A stretch of 24,991 nt of DNA, from NCBI GenBank assembly GCA_027319905.1, contig DAHVMJ010000012.1, positions 1-24,991 of the forward strand. Reading direction: 5' to 3'. Both the position numbers and the translations under genes were made by a program. The notes beneath the pieces were generated by a model. The model saw only the letters and a list, made by a program, of their open reading frames with translations. It searched no databases and was not told where the DNA came from. How positions within the stretch are numbered: the stretch's first letter is position 1; each line of letters opens with the position of its first letter. This document shows, piece by piece, positions 9,067 to 16,269 of this stretch. This stretch comes from Candidatus Micrarchaeota archaeon (GTDB taxonomy: Archaea > Micrarchaeota > Micrarchaeia > Micrarchaeales > CABMGC01).

Positions 9067-9759
9067 ATGCGCTTGCTAAACATACAGGGATTATTCAAGA
9101 GACTTGGGAAGAAGAAGGAGGCACAGGGCACGAGGATAACCAGCATAGGCATAAGCTACCTGGGGGACAAGCACGGGCTGGACGGGATGCAGGTAAATGA
9201 CAAGATATTCGAGCTCAGCATACCCTTCCAGAACAAGACCGGCAGCGACCTGCTTGACGATAGCCTGAAGAGGCCTGACCTGAAGGTGGAAAACATCAGC
9301 GTGAGCGCTCCGTTTGAGCTTGTTGACGTTAGGCCAAGGTTGCCGATAGCTGTGAGTTACAAGGAAGGGGTGTCCATCAGGCTCAGGATACGTGCGCCTG
9401 ACGTGCCTTACACCGGCCCGCTCAGCGTCTCGCTGGGCGAAAAGGACAGCGGGATGGTGAGAGTGGAGATAGAGAAGATGCTCGCGGTGCACAACGGCGC
9501 AAGGACAGTACTAGAGGAGGCGCCGAGCGTGCTGAGCGTGCAGAAGGGGCAGGTGCTCAAACGTGACGTGCAGCTGTACAAGGTCATGAAGTACGGGGAC
9601 ACGGTCAGCAGTATAGAAGTCAACAAACCGTTCGTCTTCTCCGGCGCGGAGCCAAAGCCTCCGTTCAGGATAGACGAGAGGAGCAGCTACATAATAAGCA
9701 TATTCGTGCTCGCTCCGGAGTACAGCTACGCCGGTCCGCTAGAGATAACGTTCTCATAG
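9067..9759 (+). CDS. Hypothetical protein with two tandem beta-rich (Ig-like?) repeats
   Basis: Host-like codon usage; internal repeat PF..P..P...AP..Y.GPL twice at 318-nt period. Start uncertain (9001/9034/9067). Confidence 0.75.
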   Translation: MRLLNIQGLFKRLGKKKEAQGTRITSIGISYLGDKHGLDGMQVNDKIFELSIPFQNKTGSDLLDDSLKRPDLKVENISVSAPFELVDVRPRLPIAVSYKEGVSIRLRIRAPDVPYTGPLSVSLGEKDSGMVRVEIEKMLAVHNGARTVLEEAPSVLSVQKGQVLKRDVQLYKVMKYGDTVSSIEVNKPFVFSGAEPKPPFRIDERSSYIISIFVLAPEYSYAGPLEITFS

Positions 9760-10311
9760 CGAGTTCCAGAGAGTCCAGAACCTGCGCTTGAGTGCCTCAA
9801 CCTCGCGCCTGTCGGTTATCAGCCTTACGCTCTCGAGGTTCTTGTGCATGCCCGCGTACGTGAGGTTCGCCGACCCCTCCACCGCAACGCTATCACCCAC
9901 GTAGAGCTTGGCGTGCACGAAGTCCTTTGGCACCTTGAGGTAGATGCTGCTCCTGCGCGCGAGCGAGTAAGCGATGAGCACAAAGCCGAAACAGATCGAG
10001 ACGATTGCAAGCGCGGGATTGAATTCGTTGAGAAGGAACAGGAGCCAGTTGACAGAGACGGCCAGGAAGGTTGCAACCAGCGGGTTGCCTATGTCGCTCC
10101 TACGCAGCCTCTTGGACGCGCTGCCCCTGATCGAGGACGAGATGATGTAGCGCTTTCTGCCGTGCGAGTGCCTGGCTAGGAAGGCGGCGTAGTAGTCATC
10201 TATGTAGGGCGAGATTATCAGCAGGTTCTTTTCGCCCTTCAGCATTTTGTCGACGTATTTGTACGCCCTTTTTCCGTAGTATGAACTGGTTCGCTCTTTC
10301 AATAGGCTTAA
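9754..10311 (-). pseudogene. PLD/Nuc-family single-HKD protein with TM hairpin; body of a gene interrupted by IS (first 3 codons displaced to 11718-11710)
   Basis: IISPYID, HAKLYVGD (HxKxxxxD), GSANLT, NLE. Excising 10312-11709 restores ATG GGC TTT TTA AGC CTA TTG AAA in frame (188 aa). Confidence 0.85.
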
Positions 10312-11709
10312 CTCTTCGGAGCGGGAAATCCCACATGCTTCAGCGGTGGGATGAAAGCGAGGGCGGAAAAGGAAGATGAACATGGTCGTACATAACGTCG
10401 GAAGGCATAATAATTTGAAGGTTACAAGAAAAGATGTGGACATTGCGAAAGCCTGCCGATACAGGCTCTATCCTGACGCAAAACGCCAGAAAGAGATAGA
10501 CGAACAGATAGAACTCGCCAGGCTTCTCTACAATAAGCTTCTTGAAAAGGCAAGGGATGAGCACCAAAGAACCAAGAACCTCGGAATCAAGCCTTCTGTT
10601 TTCAACAGATTTCTGAGAGAGGCAAAGATAGAGGACAAGAGGTTCTCAGGCCTTTATTCGCAGGTTCAGAGGGAGGCATATTTTCGCCTCATAAAGGCAT
10701 ACCAGAACTTCTTCCGAAGGGTCAGGGAAAAGAGGTCAGGTAAGAAGGTCAAGGCGGGCTTCCCGCGCTTCAAGGCGAAGGGCAGATACGCCTCGATAAC
10801 CTATCCGCAGTTCGGCTTCAGCATAGACGAGGAGAGGAAACGCCACATGCTCCGCGTCTCGAAGATAGGTGGGATAAAGATAGAACTCCACAGACCAATC
10901 GAAGGCAACGTCAAGACGCTTACGATAAAGAAGGAGGCGGACGAATACTATGCAATCTTCTCCACCGTCTCGGAAATCGACCCTCCGAAAATCGTAGACA
11001 CAAATCCTGTCGGAATTGATATGGGCTTGGAGACCTTCGCCACTTTATCAGATGGCAGGAAGATAACGAAGCCGAATTTTGCAAAGAAGGCAGAAAAACA
11101 CATCGCGAGATGGCAAAGGATTGTCGCACGCAGGGAGAAAGGCTCGAAGAGAAGGGACAAGGCGAAACTCAAACTCGAAAGAGAATGGCAGACAGTAAAC
11201 AACCGGTCAAAAGATTTCATCTTCAAAACTGTTTCTGACCTCACCGACTCGGGCTACACTTCATTCGCAGTCGAGGGACTGCACATCCAAAACATGCTTC
11301 AGAACCGCAGGCTTGCGAGGTTTATACAGAGTGCCTCGTGGAGGGGGTTCATGCAAGCGCTCTCATGCAAAGCGGAAGAGGCTGGCGTGAGAGTAATGGT
11401 AGTAGACCCAAGAAACACGTCGCAGACATGCAGCAACTGCGGCGCCGTGCAATCCCTATCCCTGTCAGACAGGACGTTCGATTGCGGTTGTGGTTACCAC
11501 GCAGACAGGGACATAAACGCAGCAAGGAACATACTCAACAGAGCTACGGCAGGACATGCCGAAAGTCACGCTCGTGGAGATTTGACCTCTACTCTTTCCG
11601 AAAGGAATGGGCAAGTCGGGTCGCAGAAGCGAGAACATACTCCGCACGCAATGTCCACAACATCAAATGCGGAGGAAGCCCACACTCTTTAGAGGTGGGA
11701 GGATGTCAC
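10312..11709 (+). mobile_element. IS200/IS605-family element, tnpB only (IS1341-like, non-autonomous), 1398 bp
   Basis: Left: TTAA (10308-10311), guide tetramer AAAT (10326-10329), hairpin CCCAC..GTGGG (10330-10350). Right: guide GAAG (11675-11678), hairpin CCCAC..GTGGG (11679-11699), end TCAC (11706-11709). No terminal IRs/TSD and no tnpA. Confidence 0.92.
10376..11692 (+). CDS. tnpB: TnpB RNA-guided endonuclease
   Basis: N-terminal YRLYP..ARLLYN, GFPRFK, RuvC-I GIDMG, RuvC-II VEGL, zinc finger CSNC..CGCG, RuvC-III DRDINAARNI; D-E-D triad intact. Real start may be GTG 10436. Confidence 0.96.
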   Translation: MNMVVHNVGRHNNLKVTRKDVDIAKACRYRLYPDAKRQKEIDEQIELARLLYNKLLEKARDEHQRTKNLGIKPSVFNRFLREAKIEDKRFSGLYSQVQREAYFRLIKAYQNFFRRVREKRSGKKVKAGFPRFKAKGRYASITYPQFGFSIDEERKRHMLRVSKIGGIKIELHRPIEGNVKTLTIKKEADEYYAIFSTVSEIDPPKIVDTNPVGIDMGLETFATLSDGRKITKPNFAKKAEKHIARWQRIVARREKGSKRRDKAKLKLEREWQTVNNRSKDFIFKTVSDLTDSGYTSFAVEGLHIQNMLQNRRLARFIQSASWRGFMQALSCKAEEAGVRVMVVDPRNTSQTCSNCGAVQSLSLSDRTFDCGCGYHADRDINAARNILNRATAGHAESHARGDLTSTLSERNGQVGSQKREHTPHAMSTTSNAEEAHTL

Positions 11710-11729
11710 AAAGCCCATGACAATATTAG
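11547..11729 (+). ncRNA. Putative TnpB omega/reRNA (scaffold to 11709 plus ~20-nt guide AAAGCCCATGACAATATTAG)
   Basis: Stems CGGCA/TGCCG (11547-11561), TTCC-GAAA-GGAA, CTCCGCA/TGCGGAG (11640-11674) and the right-end hairpin overlap the tnpB 3' end, as established for TnpB reRNAs. 5' boundary approximate. Confidence 0.7.
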
Positions 11730-11740
11730 ATAGGGAAAGC

Positions 11741-11753
11741 AATAAATGGTTTT
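11741..11753 (-). promoter_or_regulatory. Orphaned BRE/TATA promoter of the interrupted PLD gene
   Basis: Minus strand AAAACCA-TTTATT lies 23-28 nt upstream of the displaced ATG at 11718. Confidence 0.5.
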
Positions 11754-12494
11754 ATGGCGAGCCGGCAGAAATTTGAGATCCTTATGAGAATGCCGCAGAA
11801 GCATGTGGAGCGGCACTCGCGCCCCACGCTTCTCTCCAACTTCATACTGGGCTGCCAGGATGGGCTCGTGAATGTTCTGGGCATCATACTCGGAGTCGGA
11901 GCGGCGACGAGCGAGGTGCGCATAATCTTTGTTGCTGCGCTTGCCGCCCTTGCCGCGGAGTCGATATCCATGGGCGCCGTAGCCTACACCTCCACATTCG
12001 CCAGAAGGAACCACTATCTGCGCGAGCTCGAGAGGGAGAAGATGGAGATGAGGACCGTGCCCGAGACGGAAAAGGCGGAGGTGCGAGAGGTCTTCAGGAA
12101 GTGGGGCTACAGGGGCAGAGCGCTTGCGGATGCGACCAAGCGCATAGTCTCAAATCCCAAGGCGTGGCTCGAGTTCATGATGGCGCACGAACTTGACCTT
12201 GAGCCAGTGGAGAGGAGCGCGCCCTCTAGGAGCGCGTGGATCGTGGGCTCGTCTGCGGTCGTGGGATCCATAGTGCCGCTCATACCGTTTTTCTTCACCG
12301 CAAGCAACATCAGGCTTGGTACCGAGGCCTCGGTCGTGATCAGCGGGATCGTGCTCTTCCTGATAGGCGTATACGAGGCGAAGACGACCGTTGGCTCGCT
12401 CTGGAGGAGCGGACTTCAGATGGCGGTAATCGGCCTAGTGGCGGGATTCGCCGGCTACCTGATAGGCAGCCTGCTCGGCGCGGCGCCTGTGTAG
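11754..12494 (+). CDS. VIT1/CCC1 family iron/manganese transporter
   Basis: ILGCQDGLV, AESISMGAVAY, ELEREK.E...PE.EK.E, FMMAHEL, PLIPF; 5 TMs. Start may be 11784 or 11790. Confidence 0.93.
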   Translation: MASRQKFEILMRMPQKHVERHSRPTLLSNFILGCQDGLVNVLGIILGVGAATSEVRIIFVAALAALAAESISMGAVAYTSTFARRNHYLRELEREKMEMRTVPETEKAEVREVFRKWGYRGRALADATKRIVSNPKAWLEFMMAHELDLEPVERSAPSRSAWIVGSSAVVGSIVPLIPFFFTASNIRLGTEASVVISGIVLFLIGVYEAKTTVGSLWRSGLQMAVIGLVAGFAGYLIGSLLGAAPV

Positions 12495-12516
12495 AGGGCA
12501 AAAAGCCATAAGAATA

Positions 12517-13677
12517 TTGGTTTCTTATGAAGTCTGGGAGTCGTTGGAAACCAAAGGCAAGAAGGAGATAAAGGGCAGGATGCTGCGTCTTCTTAGCGTA
12601 GACGCCAGGATAAGCATGCAGGATCTCGCCAACAGCCTGAAGACCACGAAGGTTAATGCCTACAACGCGTTCAACGAGCTTTCCGGAGAGTACGGATTGC
12701 GGTTCGTGCCTGAGATAAGCATAGACAAGCTCTGGAAGTGGGAGTTCATCAAAAGAGCGAGGCTCAGGACAAAGAGGGGCATACTTGCTGAAGCGGTGGA
12801 GGAGCTGCCGCTGACAGGGTTCGGCGAGTACCTGGTGTTAGTAAAGTTTGTGGGCAAGAAGCCCGCTGACGAGGAGGTGGTCAGGGCGATAGGCAACTCC
12901 TACGCTCCGCAGTTTGCAGCCAAGGCCAAGGGAGAGTACGACCTGGTGATATACGTTGTGGAGAGGAGCTACGAAGACGCTGTGCGCTTCAGCGACGTGT
13001 TCAGCAAGAACCTGAGCAAGTACAGGATGCTGGCGTATACGACCAGGGTGTGGGGCAACTTCGGCTTCTTCCCGATCAGCAACAAGCTGATAGAGCAGTT
13101 TGACATCTTCGACACGTACAAGAACCTTCTCTTCGGACTCAACGATGGCGGCAGAAACACCTTTACTGACATAGGCAAGCGCTTCAATCAGGGACCAGCG
13201 CAGATGCTCTACGCGTACGACAGGCTGGCGCGCACAGAGATACTCAAGCGCGTCACCTACTTCGAATCAAAACCGCGGGACAACTACCTATTGATGGCAA
13301 TCGCGAAGGTAGACAATGACAAAGCCTTCGAGGATTCGAGGAATGGCTGGTTCGTGAAGCTGGTGAAGGAATACGAGGACAAGGAGAACGAGTTTGTGTT
13401 TATGTGCGATACGCCCAGCCCCAGGGGCGCTGTTGTCATATCGGAACTCGCCAACAAAGCGGCCGCGGGCAAATTCCTGTCTAAGATGAAGAAGGGGCTT
13501 AAGGGCGCGGAGATAAGCGGCATGCAGCTCACCAAGGTGCTGCTCGGCGGCCTCGGGATAAGGGACTTCGACATGCGATATACGTCTCAGTACAGGCGCT
13601 TGGAGAGGGGCAGGGCGCTGCCCGCAGCTGCGGAGAAGGGCCTGGAAACGGTGGAGAACCCCAACGCGCTAGACTAG
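12517..13677 (+). CDS. Tandem-duplicated Lrp/AsnC-like transcriptional regulator (HTH-RAM-HTH-RAM)
   Basis: LRLLSVDARISMQDLA HTH, GEYDLVIYV RAM-like strand, second HTH LNDGGRNTFTDIG; paralogous to 14391-15392. Start uncertain (TTG). Confidence 0.75.
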   Translation: MVSYEVWESLETKGKKEIKGRMLRLLSVDARISMQDLANSLKTTKVNAYNAFNELSGEYGLRFVPEISIDKLWKWEFIKRARLRTKRGILAEAVEELPLTGFGEYLVLVKFVGKKPADEEVVRAIGNSYAPQFAAKAKGEYDLVIYVVERSYEDAVRFSDVFSKNLSKYRMLAYTTRVWGNFGFFPISNKLIEQFDIFDTYKNLLFGLNDGGRNTFTDIGKRFNQGPAQMLYAYDRLARTEILKRVTYFESKPRDNYLLMAIAKVDNDKAFEDSRNGWFVKLVKEYEDKENEFVFMCDTPSPRGAVVISELANKAAAGKFLSKMKKGLKGAEISGMQLTKVLLGGLGIRDFDMRYTSQYRRLERGRALPAAAEKGLETVENPNALD

Positions 13678-14078
13678 GAGCGGAGCGGTATCAGTTTAAC
13701 AGTGGCGATTTTCCCAAAGTCCTTGATATTGTCTGTAAGCAGGGATGCGCCAGACTCTAGGGCCTGCTGTGCGATGAGCGCGTCATTTATCCTGAGACCG
13801 AAATCGCGGCAGAGCGCCATCGCCTTTGCTATCGAGCTTGATGAGAATTCCAGATAGCTGACGCGCGGCGCGGTTATTATTCTTGATACTCTTATTGTCG
13901 CCTCGGTCTTGCCGAGCAACCATTGAAGCCTGTGAAACACTTCTGAAGCTATTATTACGTTGATCCCGATATCGTCCTGGCGCAGTGCATCCTGGAACTT
14001 GGACAGGGCTATGTTGTGCTCTGGCGTGTTCGCGCTCTCCGAGAAAATCAGAATATTGGAATCGACAATTATCATCAT
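13674..14078 (-). CDS. vapC: VapC PIN-domain toxin
   Basis: IIVDSNIL, SEV, NDALIA, LLTDNIKDF; ATG 14078 overlaps the antitoxin TGA (ATGA). Confidence 0.9.
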   Translation of the reverse strand: MMIIVDSNILIFSESANTPEHNIALSKFQDALRQDDIGINVIIASEVFHRLQWLLGKTEATIRVSRIITAPRVSYLEFSSSSIAKAMALCRDFGLRINDALIAQQALESGASLLTDNIKDFGKIATVKLIPLRS

Positions 14079-14332
14079 TCCCACTGCGACTCTCCGATTT
14101 TTTCGAGAAGCTCTGTGGTTATCTTTACCTTTGTGTGAAATGGCCTTTCGATCATGTCCCTCAGCATGGGACTCATCGGGAGGTCTTTCCTCGGCCTGCT
14201 TACAACTATCTTTCCATCCTCTACGGCTATTGACAGAATCTCTTTGCTCTTTATCTGCAGGGCGTCGCTAACCTTTTTGGGCAGCCTTATCCTCTTTTTT
14301 TGGTCTACAACCACGGTCTCCACGTCAGCCAT
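14075..14332 (-). CDS. AbrB/MazE/SpoVT-type antitoxin
   Basis: VVDQKKRIRLPKKVSDALQI...VEDGKIVV; directly upstream of PIN gene. Confidence 0.88.
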   Translation of the reverse strand: MADVETVVVDQKKRIRLPKKVSDALQIKSKEILSIAVEDGKIVVSRPRKDLPMSPMLRDMIERPFHTKVKITTELLEKIGESQWE

Positions 14333-14380
14333 ATTCCCACTATTATTGTGGGAGTATAGATATATAAAGTTTCCTATACT
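14331..14380 (-). promoter_or_regulatory. TA promoter with inverted repeats
   Basis: Minus-strand GAAAC-TTTATATAT TATA (14373-14360); palindromes TCCCAC-n7-GTGGGA (14335-14353) and AGTATAG-n14-CTATACT (14353-14380). Confidence 0.6.
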
Positions 14381-14390
14381 TAGATATATG

Positions 14391-15392
14391 TCATAGCGTT
14401 TGCCTGTACACTGCCTTCGGGTCCACGTTTCTCAGAGGCAGTACCCCAAGGAGCACGTTCCTGAGCTCCGCGTACGAGGATTCGGTATAACCGAACCTCC
14501 TGTATGTCCGCTTGTACTCGAGAACGAGGTCGTTGTAGGCCCTGTGCCTGTTCTTGAACACGCCGAATGCAAAGAAGCCGTAGCTGCCCATCAGGGCCGC
14601 CGTGGCTTGATATTTGTTGACCAGGGGGTCGGGATCGTCAGATGTAAAGAGGCGCTGCGTGGTTCTTGCGACGCCCTCTGAATCTTCTGGGGGAATGAAC
14701 CTTCCGAAGATGGCCATCGGGAACATGTGTTCGTGTATGCCAAGCGATATGGTGAACCGCTTGATTATCCCGCCGGACATCAACCGCTTTAGCCTGTATG
14801 CCACCGTCTTGTAGTTTATGCCCGCCGCGCGGGAGATCTTCTTCAGCGGGGCCCTTGAGTTGTCGTTCAGCATGGCGAGCATTGCTTTGTCCTTAGGCTT
14901 CAGGCGCGACCTGTTTATCACCTCGTTTCTTATGGGGAAGAAACCTAGCCTCTGATACGAGATCTCAGACTCTTCCCATCGCGCCCCATAGTAAAGGACG
15001 AGGGTGCTCCTCATCCTGGCGTCCCAGGAATAGTACTCGGTCTTTGAGAAGGCGTTGGCGTATATGAGCAGATCGTACTTGCCGCTTGCCGAGACCGCGA
15101 GCTGCGCGACCCCGGATTCCGACAACAGCCGTTTTATCCTGGCGTAATCGGGCTTGTGCCTGAACCGCACGGCAATCAGGTGCGGCTCCGTGAGACCAAT
15201 CTTCGCCGGGTCGATCTCCAGCGTGTAGCGTATCCCGAAGTGCTTCTCGATCTTGGAGAGCCTGAGCATGACGTTTTGCCTTGGCACGCCCAGCGACCTG
15301 GACATCTCGCTGACCGTGACCCTGGAATTCATCGAAAGCATGCGCAGCATTCTTTTTGTGTACGAACTGTGCCATTCCTGATCTTCCGGCAT
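14391..15392 (-). CDS. Tandem-duplicated Lrp/AsnC-like transcriptional regulator
   Basis: HTH1 MLRMLSMNSRVTVSEMSRSLG, GKYDLLIY, HTH2 DKAMLAMLNDNSRAPLKKISRAAGINYKTVAYRLKRLMSGGIIKRFTI. Confidence 0.85.
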   Translation of the reverse strand: MPEDQEWHSSYTKRMLRMLSMNSRVTVSEMSRSLGVPRQNVMLRLSKIEKHFGIRYTLEIDPAKIGLTEPHLIAVRFRHKPDYARIKRLLSESGVAQLAVSASGKYDLLIYANAFSKTEYYSWDARMRSTLVLYYGARWEESEISYQRLGFFPIRNEVINRSRLKPKDKAMLAMLNDNSRAPLKKISRAAGINYKTVAYRLKRLMSGGIIKRFTISLGIHEHMFPMAIFGRFIPPEDSEGVARTTQRLFTSDDPDPLVNKYQATAALMGSYGFFAFGVFKNRHRAYNDLVLEYKRTYRRFGYTESSYAELRNVLLGVLPLRNVDPKAVYRQTL

Positions 15393-15522
15393 GATATCCC
15401 GATTGTATATTTCACAGAGATTTAAAAAATCTTTCTAATTTTCGACTAATTGATTTACAAAAGTCTAAAGTTACATCAGAAATTTTAGCATAATATCAAG
15501 CCGTTTATATTACAAGGCCCAC

Positions 15523-16254
15523 ATGCTTTATGGAGATGGAATGGAGAAAAGAGCCCGGGGAGGGATCGCTGAGGATCGCGGAATCATAAAGGAGACGGTG
15601 GCGGATGTGACGAGCCTGCTCAAATCTCGTAATACTGAAAGACTGCAGTATCACAATCTTGGCCACGCGCTGGAGGTGGCGAGCGTGGCAAGGAAACTGG
15701 GTCTCAAAGAGTCGCTGGACCTACAGACCCTTGACGATCTGACCCTGGCGGGGCTTTACCATGATGTGGGCTTCAGTGAAAGGTACAAGAACAACGAGTC
15801 TTTCGGAGCGGCCACCGCGAGGAGTTTTCTTGAGAGAAGGGGCCGCCCTGAGGAGAGAATACGGAGAGTGGAAGCGTTGATATTGAGTACGAGGATGCCG
15901 CCTGAGCCGAAAAACCTGCTGGAAGAGATAATGTGTGCAGCAGACCACGGCAATGCCTCCAAACCTTCGTTCTTCCCAAGAGGCGAGTCGCTTAGAAAGG
16001 AGATAGAGGCTGAAGAGGGATGTGAGATGTCACAGCTGGACTGGTACACGAAGCAGAGGGACTACCTCCAGGGACTCTTGAATAATGCCGCCTTCATGCA
16101 GGCAGCGAGAAGGTTCGGGATGGAGAGCGGAATGAGGCTGAATATGAGGAAGCTGAATACGCTGATAGAGGACATAGCGCTGGACAACCTGCCAAGGTAC
16201 ATTCCGCAGACAGATGCGGTATTCGGGAAACTGAGCGCAGAGAGGAGGCCCTAG
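15523..16254 (+). CDS. HD-superfamily metal-dependent phosphohydrolase
   Basis: YHNLGH, AGLYHDVG, ILST, IMCAAD; start 15523 or 15541. Confidence 0.85.
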   Translation: MLYGDGMEKRARGGIAEDRGIIKETVADVTSLLKSRNTERLQYHNLGHALEVASVARKLGLKESLDLQTLDDLTLAGLYHDVGFSERYKNNESFGAATARSFLERRGRPEERIRRVEALILSTRMPPEPKNLLEEIMCAADHGNASKPSFFPRGESLRKEIEAEEGCEMSQLDWYTKQRDYLQGLLNNAAFMQAARRFGMESGMRLNMRKLNTLIEDIALDNLPRYIPQTDAVFGKLSAERRP

Positions 16255-16269
16255 GAAAGAACGGGTAAA

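Noticed and set aside
10312..10443. N-terminal extension of the 229-aa ORF 9754-10443 as the native PLD start
   Set aside because: It is IS left-end sequence; the native start is the displaced ATG at 11718
10376..11692. Cas12f / CRISPR system
   Set aside because: No repeat-spacer array or cas genes in the window; IS200/IS605 ends flank the gene
10312..11709. IS acting as an RNA intron (IStron or bulge-helix-bulge intron) in the PLD mRNA, since the two exon ends can pair
   Set aside because: No room for or sign of a group I intron core. The BHB central helix would need GGCU to pair with GAAG, which fails.
12500..12520. 15/20 match to the TnpB guide (AAAAGCCATAAGAATATTGG) downstream of VIT1
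   Set aside because: No TTAA TAM (GGCA) and mismatches in the seed; probably AT-rich promoter-like coincidence
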